Position numbers and translations under genes: made by a program. The notes beneath the pieces were generated by a model that did no database searches, was not told the DNA's origin, and was given only the letters and a program-made list of their open reading frames with translations. A stretch of 64,000 nt of DNA from Phycicoccus sp. (GTDB taxonomy: Bacteria; Actinomycetota; Actinomycetes; Actinomycetales; Dermatophilaceae): the NCBI GenBank assembly GCA_039812375.1, contig JBDIAO010000003.1, positions 10,949 to 74,948 of the forward strand, written 5' to 3'. Every line of letters begins with the position of its first letter. Position 1 is the stretch's first letter. Of the stretch, positions 19,620 to 28,100 are shown in pieces.

Positions 19620-20507
19620 CTACTCCTCCACTCCGACGCCGGCCCCTGCTGAGGCTCGCGCCAGACCCTCGGTGACGAGGTTGGTGCCGACGGTGAGGAT
19701 CGCGATCGCCACGACGGGCAGGACGACCGGCCAGGGTTGGACGGTCAGCGCGATCCGGTTCTCGTTGATCATCAGGCCCCAGTCCGCGGTCGGCGGCTGC
19801 ATGCCCATGCCGAGGAAGCTCAGACCGGCGATGAGACCGATGGAGTAGGTCAGCCGCAGACCGAGCTCGACGGCGAGGGTCCCGGTGACGTTGGGGACGA
19901 CCTCGGTGAGTAGGATCCGCCACCTCGGGACCCCGACTGCCTCGGCGGAGCGGACGAAGTCGCGCTCGACGACCGGGACTGCTGCACCCCGGATCACCCG
20001 GGCGACCCGGGGCAGGTGCCCGAAGGCGACCATGACGACGAGCAGCCACGCCTTGGGTCCCACGATGGACAGGAAGAGCAGGGCCAGGACGATCTGCGGG
20101 AAGGCGAGCAGGGTGTCACCGGCCCGCATGAGGACCTCGTCGACAAAGCCGTGGCGGTATGCCGCGATGACCCCGACCGCAGCGCCCACACCGACCCCGA
20201 TGAGGGTGGCCAGCAGCGAGAGGAACAGGAGCAGGAAGCCTCCGTGCAGGAACCGGGACCACACGTCGCGGCCGATGGCGTCGGTGCCGAAGAGCATGCC
20301 CGGTCCCCGTGGGGAGAACGGGGCCCCGACAAACTCGGTCGGCGTGTGCGGGGAAACGAAGGGGCCGATGACGGCGATGGCGACGATGAGGGCGGTGAGG
20401 ATGACGCCGATCACCGTGCTCTTGGTCCGCAGGGCCCGGCTGAACAGAGTGGAGCCCTTGGTCGCCGGCTTGCCGGAGGCGACCGCCCCCTTGGTCGGTG
20501 CCGTCAT
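19620..20507 (-). CDS. ABC transporter permease (DppC/OppC-like)
   Basis: 295-aa polytopic protein with N-terminal anchor VIGVILTALIVAIAVIGPF and the GTDAIGRDVWSR block typical of DppC-type permeases. Confidence 0.9.
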   Translation of the reverse strand: MTAPTKGAVASGKPATKGSTLFSRALRTKSTVIGVILTALIVAIAVIGPFVSPHTPTEFVGAPFSPRGPGMLFGTDAIGRDVWSRFLHGGFLLLFLSLLATLIGVGVGAAVGVIAAYRHGFVDEVLMRAGDTLLAFPQIVLALLFLSIVGPKAWLLVVMVAFGHLPRVARVIRGAAVPVVERDFVRSAEAVGVPRWRILLTEVVPNVTGTLAVELGLRLTYSIGLIAGLSFLGMGMQPPTADWGLMINENRIALTVQPWPVVLPVVAIAILTVGTNLVTEGLARASAGAGVGVEE

Positions 20508-21454
20508 TGGTTCGCCGTCCTCACTCGCGGGTTGGCCATCAAGGTAATCACGTCGGCGAGCAGGTTGACGACGACGTAGAAGGCCGCGATGAGCAGGACC
20601 AGCGCCTGGATCAGCGGCATGTCCCGGTTGGTCACCGCGTCGGTCAGCGCGAACCCGACCCCGGGGTAGCGGAAGAGGTACTCGACGAGGACCACGCCAC
20701 CGACGAGCCAGGCGAGCTGGAGGGCGATCACCTGGGCGACCGGGCCGATAGCGTTGGGAATCGCGTGCCGGATGATGACCAGCCGTTCGGCGATTCCCTT
20801 GAGCCGCGCCTGGCGGATGTACTCGCTCTCGAGGACCTCGAGGACCGTGGCCCGCATGATCCGGGTGATGTAGGGCGAGACGGCCAGGACCAGGGTCAGC
20901 ACCGGTAAGACGAGCTGCTGCGGCTGCAGGAGAACCGACCCGCCGTTGTCGACATAGACCGCGGGAAAGATGTGGAACACCCCGGTGGACAGCAGCAGGA
21001 CGAGCAGGATGCCGACGACGAACTCGGGCAGTGCCGCGAAGATGAGCGTGACCACCGAGGTGACCCGGTCGGACATCTGGTCCTTGGCCATCGCCGTGAG
21101 TGTGCCCAGGGCGATCGACAACGGGATGGCGATGATCGCCGTGAGGATCATCAGGATCCCGGTGTTGGCGGCCGCCGACCCGAGGATCTCGCTCACCGGC
21201 CGTTGCGCGGCCAGCGAGTTCCCCAGGTCGAACCGGAACAGGTTGCCCAGCCAGTGCACATACTGAATGTGCAGCGGCTGGTCGAGTCCCAGCTGCTCCC
21301 GCAGGGCGGCCAGCCGCTCTGGGGTGGCCTCCTTGCCGAGGATGGCCCTGGCCGCGTCCCCGGGCAGCGCCTGGGTCGCCAGGAACACGATGATCGAGAC
21401 GACGGCCAGTGTGATGATGCCGAACGCACCGCGCCGGATGAGCATCCTACCCAT
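20504..21454 (-). CDS. ABC transporter permease (DppB/OppB-like)
   Basis: 316 aa. N-terminus MLIRRGAFGIITLAVVSIIVFLATQALPGDAA is typical of DppB-type permeases. 4-nt overlap with the next permease gene. Confidence 0.9.
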   Translation of the reverse strand: MGRMLIRRGAFGIITLAVVSIIVFLATQALPGDAARAILGKEATPERLAALREQLGLDQPLHIQYVHWLGNLFRFDLGNSLAAQRPVSEILGSAAANTGILMILTAIIAIPLSIALGTLTAMAKDQMSDRVTSVVTLIFAALPEFVVGILLVLLLSTGVFHIFPAVYVDNGGSVLLQPQQLVLPVLTLVLAVSPYITRIMRATVLEVLESEYIRQARLKGIAERLVIIRHAIPNAIGPVAQVIALQLAWLVGGVVLVEYLFRYPGVGFALTDAVTNRDMPLIQALVLLIAAFYVVVNLLADVITLMANPRVRTANQ

Positions 21455-21501
21455 GGCGGGTCTCCTTCCCCTGGCGTGAACCAGTGACCGTCATGACTGG
21501 G

Positions 21502-23070
21502 TCACTTGGTGACCCAGACTTGGGCGAAGTTGTAGGACGTCAGCGGGATGCCGCTCTTGTCCGGGACCAGCCCGTGCACCTTGGTGCTGTAGGCGTCGAT
21601 GTTGTTCGGGAAGCCCCAGATGATGTAGCCGCCGCTGTCGTACTCGATCTTCTGGGCTTGCTGGATCAGGTCGCAGCGCTTGGTCTCGTCGATCGTCGCG
21701 GTCGCCTCGTTGACCAGCTTGGTCCACTCGGGGTCGTTCCAGTGGGTCTCGTTGTAAGGCGAGGTCGTGAAGCCGGAGTTGGCGGCCTGGGGCAGGAAGT
21801 CCCGGGTGAACCAGAAGTCCTGGGAGAAGGTCCACTTGAGGTAGTCGTCGCCGTAGAACACGCCTGGGTCGACCTTGTTGAGCTTGATGGTGACCCCGGC
21901 CTGCTTGGCCTGCTGCTCCAGGACGGTCGCCGCCTCGACCAGGCCCGCGGCTGCTGGGGAGGTGACGAGCTCGACGCTGAGGTTGGGCTGGCCGGCTTCG
22001 GCGAGCAGCTTCTTGGCTTGAGCGATGTCCTGCTCACGCTGCGGCAGGCTCTTGTTGAAGCACGGGTCGAAGGGGGCATAGAGGTCGTTGCCGACCTGTC
22101 CGTGGCCGCCGAGCACCTGCTCGATCATCTGCTTGCGGTTGACGATGAGCCGCATCGCCTGGCGCACCTTGACGTTGTCGAAGGGTGCCTGATCCACCCG
22201 CATGGTGAACGGGATCCACGACCCGGTCTCGGACTCGAGCACCTTGAGCGCTGGGTTGGCCTCGACCACCTTGATCTGGCCCAGCGGCAGCTGGTCGATG
22301 GCGTCGACCTGTCCGCCGAGGAGGGCGTTGACCCGGGCGGTGTCGTCCGGGAAGTCGATCAGGGTCAGTTTGGCCAGGTGCGGCTGCCCCTTCTCGAAGA
22401 AGTTCGGGTTCTTCACCATGACACTCTGCTGGCCGGGAGTGAAGGACTCGAGCATGAATGCGCCGGCACCGACCGGCTTGGCCGGGTCGTAGTCCTTGGG
22501 GACGATCCCGGTGGCGTACTGGGCTACCGAGTCGGGGAAGATCGCGAACGGGCTCTTGAAGTGGAAGATCGCGGTCGTCGCGTCCGGGGTCTCGATGTTG
22601 TCCCGGTCCATCGTGGACAGTGCCGTTGCCGCGGACTTCGGGTTGGCCGGGTCGGTGATCCGTTTGAAGGTGGCGGCGACATCCTCGGAGGTCAGTGGCT
22701 TGCCGTCACTGAACTTCAGGTCCGGCTTGAGCTTGACGGTCCAGGCGGTGCCGTCCTCGTTGGGCTCGATCGATTCGGCGAGCATCATCTCGCGCTTGTG
22801 ATTGGTGTCATAAGTCGCCAGCGTCGCGTAGAGCGCGATGACTCGGGCCTCGTCCGGGTGGGTGACCGGGCTGTGCGCGTCGAGGCTGTCCTTGGCGGAG
22901 CCGCCGACGATGCCGGCAGTGAGGGCGCCGCCGTCGACGGGGGTTCCCGACTCGGCGCCGGAGGTTCCGCCTCCGCCGGAGGAGCCGCCGCCGCAGGCGG
23001 CGAGGGCGAGCGCGGCGACCGGGGCCAGGGCGAGCAGACGAATCGCCCGGGAGCGGGTGCGGTGGGACAT
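21502..23070 (-). CDS. ABC transporter substrate-binding lipoprotein, family 5 (peptide/nickel/opine type)
   Basis: Lipoprotein signal with lipobox LALAACGGG followed by a Gly/Ser linker. About 520 aa with a family-5 SBP-like block (DLKFSDGKPLTSEDV). Confidence 0.9.
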   Translation of the reverse strand: MSHRTRSRAIRLLALAPVAALALAACGGGSSGGGGTSGAESGTPVDGGALTAGIVGGSAKDSLDAHSPVTHPDEARVIALYATLATYDTNHKREMMLAESIEPNEDGTAWTVKLKPDLKFSDGKPLTSEDVAATFKRITDPANPKSAATALSTMDRDNIETPDATTAIFHFKSPFAIFPDSVAQYATGIVPKDYDPAKPVGAGAFMLESFTPGQQSVMVKNPNFFEKGQPHLAKLTLIDFPDDTARVNALLGGQVDAIDQLPLGQIKVVEANPALKVLESETGSWIPFTMRVDQAPFDNVKVRQAMRLIVNRKQMIEQVLGGHGQVGNDLYAPFDPCFNKSLPQREQDIAQAKKLLAEAGQPNLSVELVTSPAAAGLVEAATVLEQQAKQAGVTIKLNKVDPGVFYGDDYLKWTFSQDFWFTRDFLPQAANSGFTTSPYNETHWNDPEWTKLVNEATATIDETKRCDLIQQAQKIEYDSGGYIIWGFPNNIDAYSTKVHGLVPDKSGIPLTSYNFAQVWVTK

Positions 23071-23103
23071 GGGTTTCTCCTCCGTGGGACCGGCTGGGCC
23101 GGG

Positions 23104-24159
23104 TCAGTGGGCTCGGGACGGGTGGTGGGGGTCGGACGGGCTGGTTCGGGATGTGGCGAGGCGGGCGTCGTGCTCACGCACCGTCACGCCGGCGCCATAC
23201 GGGACTGAGCGCAGGCCGTCGAGGACGGCGACCAGGCAGGCGTCCCGGATCCGCTCGAGTTCACCGACACCCACCCCGCCCGCTTGGCTGTCGGACTGCT
23301 CGGCGATCCGGTCCATCAGGGCCTCGTCGAGCTCGGGAACCTCGGTCAGATGGGTCCACGGCCACTGCAGCGTCGGGCCGAACTGACCCATGAAGTGCCG
23401 CATGCCGCCGTCACCGCCGGCGATCCGGTAGGTGAGCATGGTGCCCATCGACGCCCAGCGCAGTCCGGCGCCGTAGCGGATCGCGTCGTCGATCTCCTCG
23501 GTTGTGGCTACCCCGTCGGCCACCAGCCACAACGCTTCGCGCCACAGGGCCTCGAGCAGCCGGTCAGCGATGAAGCCCTCGACCTCGCGGCGGACGACCA
23601 GGGGTTTCATCCCGATCCCCGTGAAGGCCGCGTATGCCGCCTCGACGGCCGCCGGGTTGGTCGCCTCACCCCCGCATATCTCGACCAGGGGGAGCAGGTA
23701 GACCGGGTTGAACGGGTGCGCGACGAGGAAGCGGTCGGGATGGGCCATGTCCGCCTGGAGCAGGCTGGGCAGTAGACCCGAGGTGGAGGAGCAGATGAGG
23801 GTGTGCGGTTCGGCGGCAGCGTCGACCTGGGCCAGTACCGATTGCTTGAGTTCGAGGCGCTCGGGCACGCTCTCGTGGAAGATGTCCGCCCCGTCGGCGG
23901 CCTCCTCGATCGTGGCGACGACCTGCCAGCGCCCCGGTGTGGGCAGAGTGTCGCCGTGCAGCGACTGCAGGGCCGTGGTGGCGTTGGCGATGAGGCGGGA
24001 GAGGACCGCCTCGGCGCCCGGAGCCGGATCGAAGACGGCCACGTCGACTCCGGCGAGAACCCAGCGGGCCGCCCAGCCACCACCGATGACCCCGCCACCG
24101 GCCAGACCGGCCCGGCGGACCACGGCCGCGGGCTGGTGACCGTTCGTGGTCTCAGCCAT
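23104..24159 (-). CDS. L-carnitine-dehydrogenase-like 3-hydroxyacyl-CoA-dehydrogenase-family enzyme
   Basis: 351 aa from ATG 24159 (MAETTNG). Rossmann GGGVIGGGWAARW, blocks ESVPERLELK and HPFNPVYLLPLVE. The C-terminal domain IDDAIRYGAGLRWA...GGMRHFM resembles carnitine dehydrogenases. 8-nt overlap with the BKACE gene. Confidence 0.8.
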   Translation of the reverse strand: MAETTNGHQPAAVVRRAGLAGGGVIGGGWAARWVLAGVDVAVFDPAPGAEAVLSRLIANATTALQSLHGDTLPTPGRWQVVATIEEAADGADIFHESVPERLELKQSVLAQVDAAAEPHTLICSSTSGLLPSLLQADMAHPDRFLVAHPFNPVYLLPLVEICGGEATNPAAVEAAYAAFTGIGMKPLVVRREVEGFIADRLLEALWREALWLVADGVATTEEIDDAIRYGAGLRWASMGTMLTYRIAGGDGGMRHFMGQFGPTLQWPWTHLTEVPELDEALMDRIAEQSDSQAGGVGVGELERIRDACLVAVLDGLRSVPYGAGVTVREHDARLATSRTSPSDPHHPSRAH

Positions 24160-25057
24160 GCCGGACCAGGCCCACCTGTTCACGGACCTCCTGCGGGCCC
24201 TGGACCCGGACGTTCATCGCCTCCAGGAGAGTGACCGCGCGCTGAACGAGGCCGCCGTTGGTCGCGAGCACACCGCGGGAGAGGTAGAGGTTGTCTTCCA
24301 GGCCGACCCGGACGTTGCCGCCGTGCAGGACCGCCATCGCGGCATAGGGCAGCTGGTGGCGCCCCACCGAGAAGGCCGACCAGGTGACCCCCGGCGGGAG
24401 GCCGTGGACCATGGCCTGGAAGGAGAGCGGGTCGTTGGGCACGCCATAGGGGATGCCCATGCACAGCTGCACCATGAGCGGCCCGGTCAACGTCCCGTCG
24501 GTGACGAGTTCGCGGGTGAGCACCAGGTCGCCGGTGTCGAAGCACTCGACCTCGGGGCAGACCCCCAGGGCAACCATCTGGCGCGCCATCTCCCGGACCA
24601 TGCCCGGGGTGTTGACCATGATGTAATCCCCGCCGGCGGCGAAGTTCACCGTGCCCGCATCCAGCGTGCAGATCTCTGGGAGGAGTTCGCTGACATGCGC
24701 CATCCGCTCGGTGGCACCGGCCATGTCCGTGCCGGCCGCGTCGAAGGGCAGCGGCTGCTCGGCGCCCCCGAGGACGATCTCGCCGCCCATGCCGGTGGTG
24801 AGGTTGATGATGACATCGGTCGAGGAGGCCCGGATGCGCTCGACAGCCTCACGGTAATAGGCGACCTCGCGGCTCCCCTTGCCGGTGCTCGGCTCGCGGA
24901 CGTGGATGTGGACCACGGCTGCACCGGCCTGAGCGGCCTCGATGGCCGAGTTGGCGATCTGCTCAGGAGTGATCGGCGCGTGATGTTCCTTGCCGCCGAG
25001 ATCCCCGGCGCCGGTCAAGGCGCAGGTGATGAAGGCCTGGGTTGCGAACGCTGCCAC
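24152..25057 (-). CDS. BKACE-family beta-keto acid cleavage enzyme (DUF849; 3-keto-5-aminohexanoate/dehydrocarnitine cleavage type)
   Basis: 301 aa. Blocks ITCALTGAG, VVHIHVREP, PEVECFDTGD and VRVGLEDNLYLSRG are characteristic of the DUF849 TIM-barrel family. GTG start. Confidence 0.9.
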   Translation of the reverse strand: MAAFATQAFITCALTGAGDLGGKEHHAPITPEQIANSAIEAAQAGAAVVHIHVREPSTGKGSREVAYYREAVERIRASSTDVIINLTTGMGGEIVLGGAEQPLPFDAAGTDMAGATERMAHVSELLPEICTLDAGTVNFAAGGDYIMVNTPGMVREMARQMVALGVCPEVECFDTGDLVLTRELVTDGTLTGPLMVQLCMGIPYGVPNDPLSFQAMVHGLPPGVTWSAFSVGRHQLPYAAMAVLHGGNVRVGLEDNLYLSRGVLATNGGLVQRAVTLLEAMNVRVQGPQEVREQVGLVRHG

Positions 25058-25141
25058 TGGACGGTGCCCCTTCTGCGGTGGAGGGATATGTGGTGCTGTT
25101 CACACCATTGCACGAGGGCGCCGAGACTGTCAGCGCACGAA

Positions 25142-25174
25142 GCCGAAAACGCAATCACGATGCCGAAACGCAAT
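25142..25174. promoter_or_regulatory. two direct repeats GCCGAAA(A)CGCAAT carrying the operator half-site
   Basis: GCCGAAAACGCAAT at 25142-25155 and GCCGAAACGCAAT at 25162-25174. They lie in the 256-nt divergent intergenic region. Confidence 0.35.
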
Positions 25175-25230
25175 GCTGGCGATGTCAGCTGCCACGGCGT
25201 AGTGCGCTGGTCCTTACGCATCGGGTCGGC

Positions 25231-25247
25231 ATTGCGCATTGTGCAAT
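25231..25247. promoter_or_regulatory. palindromic operator candidate ATTGCGCA-T-TGTGCAAT in the iclR/BKACE divergent region
   Basis: Read directly. The two 8-nt arms are reverse complements with 1 mismatch. The same half-site ATTGCAC recurs at 25107-25113, and CGCAAT recurs in the two direct repeats at 25142-25174. Confidence 0.45.
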
Positions 25248-25313
25248 GGCTGCTGCTATCGTGCGGTGAGCATAGAAACGACTCCGGACGGTCGTCAAGG
25301 GGTGAGCGGATAC

Positions 25314-26156
25314 ATGGCCGGATCGACGGGGGCTCCGCGGCGCAGGCTGGTCCAGTCCGTCGAGCGGGCCATCGCCCTCCTCGAAGCCGTCGCCGACGGC
25401 GATCCCGAAGGGGAGACGGTCACAGATCTCGCGGCAACCTGTGGGCTGCAACGGGCCACCGCGTGGCGTCTGCTGGCCACCTTGGAGGCCCATGGGCTGC
25501 TTCGCTCCCACGGCGAGGTCCATCGCTACCAGCTCGGGGTCTCGATGATCCGGCTCGCCTCCTCCGGGGGGCTGCTCGGGGTGCGCCGGCACGCCGAGGA
25601 GGTGCTCCGCCGGCTCAGCGACAGCACCGGGGAGACGGCGGACCTCGCACTGCCCCGCCCGGCCGGGCTGACCTACATCGCCGAGGCGGCACCGCAGCGG
25701 GTGCTCACCGCGAGCTGGCTCGGCCGGACCATCCCCTTGCACGCCACCTCCTCGGGCAAGGCCCTGCTCGCCTGGCTCGAGCCCGCCGAAGTCGACGGGC
25801 TCGTCGGGGACCGGCTCCCGGCATACACGGACACGACGATCACGACCGGCGCGGATCTGGCTGCCGAGCTCGCCCGGATCCGGACCGCGGGCTTCGCCGT
25901 ATGCCGCGGGGAGCTCGAACCGACCCTCAACGGCGTGTCTGCACCGATCCTCGACGGACGCGACCGTCCGTTCGCGGTCGTGAGCATCTGGGGGCCTCGA
26001 TCCAGAATCCCGGAGACCCGGTTCCCCGAGCTGGGCGTCCTGGTCCAGGCCGCCGCCGCCGAAATCGGCACCACGGAGAGCCAGGCCACCGCAAGCCAGA
26101 CCACCGCAAGCCAGGCCACCGCAAGCCAAGCACCCCCCGGAGAGGATCCTCGATGA
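25314..26156 (+). CDS. IclR-family transcriptional regulator
   Basis: 280 aa from ATG 25314. N-terminal wHTH SVERAIALLEAVA...VTDLAATCGLQRATAWRLLATLE. Effector domain with ADLALP and SSGKALLAW. C-terminal low-complexity SQATASQTTASQATASQ tail. Confidence 0.9.
   Translation: MAGSTGAPRRRLVQSVERAIALLEAVADGDPEGETVTDLAATCGLQRATAWRLLATLEAHGLLRSHGEVHRYQLGVSMIRLASSGGLLGVRRHAEEVLRRLSDSTGETADLALPRPAGLTYIAEAAPQRVLTASWLGRTIPLHATSSGKALLAWLEPAEVDGLVGDRLPAYTDTTITTGADLAAELARIRTAGFAVCRGELEPTLNGVSAPILDGRDRPFAVVSIWGPRSRIPETRFPELGVLVQAAAAEIGTTESQATASQTTASQATASQAPPGEDPR
26079..26130 (+). repeat. in-frame 15-nt tandem repeat (about 3.4 copies) in the IclR C-terminal tail
   Basis: AGCCAGGCCACCGCA / AGCCAGACCACCGCA / AGCCAGGCCACCGCA / AGCCAAG, encoding SQATA-SQTTA-SQATA-SQ. 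Confidence 0.9.
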
Positions 26157-26575
26157 CGGCAACCCACGAACCCTTCGCCCAGTTCGCCACGACGGTGCAC
26201 GAGGACTGGGTGGACTACAACGGCCACATGAACGACTCCTTCTACGGCGTCGTGTGCGGCCAGGCCAACGAGGTCTTCCTGGAGCATCTCGGCCTGAGCG
26301 CGAGCTACCGAGAGCGCACCGGCGCCGCCGTCTACACCGTCGAAGCCCACCTGTACTTCCGCAAGGAGGCCCGCGCAGGTGAGCCGATCGCCGCCTCGTC
26401 GGTGGTCGAGAGCTTCGATGCCAAGCGCCTCTGGGTGGCCACGACCCTGCTCGACGAGGGCGGTACCGAGATCCTGCGCGCCCGATACCTCTACCTGCAC
26501 GTCGGCAAGGACGGTGTGGTCCCCTTCCCGGCCGATCGGGTCGCCGCGCTCGAGGCCGCAACGCAGCAGTCCTGA
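26153..26575 (+). CDS. hotdog-fold acyl-CoA thioesterase (betainyl-/carnitinyl-CoA thioesterase-like)
   Basis: 140 aa from ATG 26153 (ATGA overlap with the iclR stop). WVDYNGHMNDSFY...TVEAHLYFRKEARAGEP, 4HBT type. This is only the terminal part of the 809-aa ORF 24146..26575. Confidence 0.8.
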   Translation: MTATHEPFAQFATTVHEDWVDYNGHMNDSFYGVVCGQANEVFLEHLGLSASYRERTGAAVYTVEAHLYFRKEARAGEPIAASSVVESFDAKRLWVATTLLDEGGTEILRARYLYLHVGKDGVVPFPADRVAALEAATQQS

Positions 26576-26631
26576 CCACGCCCTGGCCCGGAGCCGCTGA
26601 ATAGTGCCCGGGTTGGCGGCATACTGCGGGC

Positions 26632-27330
26632 ATGGTGCACACCACGGAAGTGCAGGTCCCCACGACCGGCGGCGCGATGCCGGCCACCGTGCTCTCCCCT
26701 GGCGCCGAGCCGGCCGCGGGCATCGTCGTGTGCCAGGAAATCTTCGGGGTGACCGGCTACATCCGCCGGTGGGCGCAGCGCCTCGCCGAGGCCGGGTATG
26801 CCGTCCTGACACCGGAGTTCTATTGGCGGCTGCCGCAGCCGGGGCCGGTCGAGGGTGCCGGAGCACTCGAGCAGGGGGTGGAGCTCATGCAGCAGTTCGA
26901 CTGGGAGCTCGGCGTGGCGGACGGGGCTGCGGCCGTGCGGTGGCTGCGGGCCGAGCTCGGGACCGGCGGGCGGGTGGGGCTCGTCGGGTTCTGTTTCGGT
27001 GGAGGGCTGGCCTTCAACATCGCGGCGCTCGAGCCGGTGCAGACCTTGGTGTCGTTCTATGGCTCGGCGCTGCCCGGACTTGTGGCCCTGGCCCCCCGGG
27101 TGCGGTGCGCCCAGCAGCACCACTGGGGCCTGGCCGACGCCTATGTCGACGCGGACACCGTGGCCCGGATCGAGCGCGCGGTCGCCGGCCCGGACACCGA
27201 GTTCTGGACCTATCCCGGCGCCGACCACGCCTTCGACAACGAGGACTTCGTCAACGCCGACCCCGGCGCCTCGGCGTTGGCCCGGGAACGCACCGGGACC
27301 TTCCTGGCCCGAACCCTCCCGGCGACCTGA
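26632..27330 (+). CDS. dienelactone hydrolase family protein
   Basis: 232 aa. GIVVCQEIFGV, nucleophile motif GLVGFCFGG, C-terminal YPGADHAF. Confidence 0.85.
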   Translation: MVHTTEVQVPTTGGAMPATVLSPGAEPAAGIVVCQEIFGVTGYIRRWAQRLAEAGYAVLTPEFYWRLPQPGPVEGAGALEQGVELMQQFDWELGVADGAAAVRWLRAELGTGGRVGLVGFCFGGGLAFNIAALEPVQTLVSFYGSALPGLVALAPRVRCAQQHHWGLADAYVDADTVARIERAVAGPDTEFWTYPGADHAFDNEDFVNADPGASALARERTGTFLARTLPAT

Positions 27331-27344
27331 CCAGGAGCAGCGTC

Positions 27345-28100
27345 ATGCGGATCGCTCTCTTTGTCACCTGCCTCGTCGACGCGCTCACTCCCCACGTGGG
27401 CCAGGCCACGGTACGCCTGCTCGAGCGGCTCGGGCACGAGGTGCACTTCCCTGAGCGGCAGACCTGCTGCGGGCAGATGCACATCAACACCGGCTATCAG
27501 GACCAGGCCCTGGCGCTGGTGGCCCACCACGTCGAGGTGTTCGAGGAGGCCCTGGCTCAGGGGGCCGAGGCCATCGTCGCACCGAGCGCCTCGTGCACCG
27601 GGTCGGTGCGCCACCAGCACGAACTTCTCGCCCGCCGGGCCTGGGAGCACGCCTTGGCCGATCGGGCAGCAGTTGTCGCGAAGCACACCTACGAGCTCTC
27701 TGAGCTCCTCGTGGACGTCCTGCGAGTCACCGATGTCGGGGCCCACTTCCCCTACCGGGTCACCTATCACCCGACGTGCCACTCGCTGCGGATGATCGCG
27801 GTGGGCGACCGGCCGCTGCAACTGCTGCGGGCGGTGCGCGGGATCGACCTCGTCGAACTGCCGGCGGCGGAGCAGTGCTGCGGCTTCGGCGGCACCTTCG
27901 CGGTGAAGAACGCGGCCACCTCCACGGCGATGCTCGCAGACAAGGTGACCAGCGTCCGGGCCACCCAGGCGGCCGTGGTCACCGCCGGGGACTCTTCCTG
28001 TCTGATGCACATCGGCGGAGGCCTGGCCAACCTGCGCACCGGAGTGCGAGTACGCCACCTCGCCGAGATCCTCGCCGAGGACGGGTCGGGATCAGCGTGA
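27345..28100 (+). CDS. lutA: (Fe-S)-binding protein LutA (lactate utilisation, CCG-domain)
   Basis: 251 aa from ATG 27345 (MRIALFVTCLVD). Two Cys-rich CCG motifs: QTCCGQ and EQCCGFGGTF. Confidence 0.9.
   Translation: MRIALFVTCLVDALTPHVGQATVRLLERLGHEVHFPERQTCCGQMHINTGYQDQALALVAHHVEVFEEALAQGAEAIVAPSASCTGSVRHQHELLARRAWEHALADRAAVVAKHTYELSELLVDVLRVTDVGAHFPYRVTYHPTCHSLRMIAVGDRPLQLLRAVRGIDLVELPAAEQCCGFGGTFAVKNAATSTAMLADKVTSVRATQAAVVTAGDSSCLMHIGGGLANLRTGVRVRHLAEILAEDGSGSA

Noticed and set aside
17785-20049. 754-aa version of the ABC ATPase with an N-terminal extension
   Set aside because: The extension overlaps the upstream permease gene in another frame and is Arg/Pro-rich. ATG 19617 gives a canonical double-cassette ATPase that starts 2 nt after the permease stop.
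21484-23208. 574-aa plus-strand ORF
   Set aside because: It is antisense to the family-5 substrate-binding lipoprotein gene. It has a repetitive Gly/Val/Asp/Arg composition.
24146-26575. 809-aa plus-strand ORF
   Set aside because: Only the last 140 aa (from ATG 26153) form a hotdog thioesterase. The remainder is antisense to the BKACE gene or out of frame with iclR, and it is Arg-rich.
25185-26723. 512-aa minus-strand ORF over the iclR/thioesterase region
   Set aside because: It is antisense to two genes with clear motifs and is Arg/Gly/Pro-rich shadow sequence.
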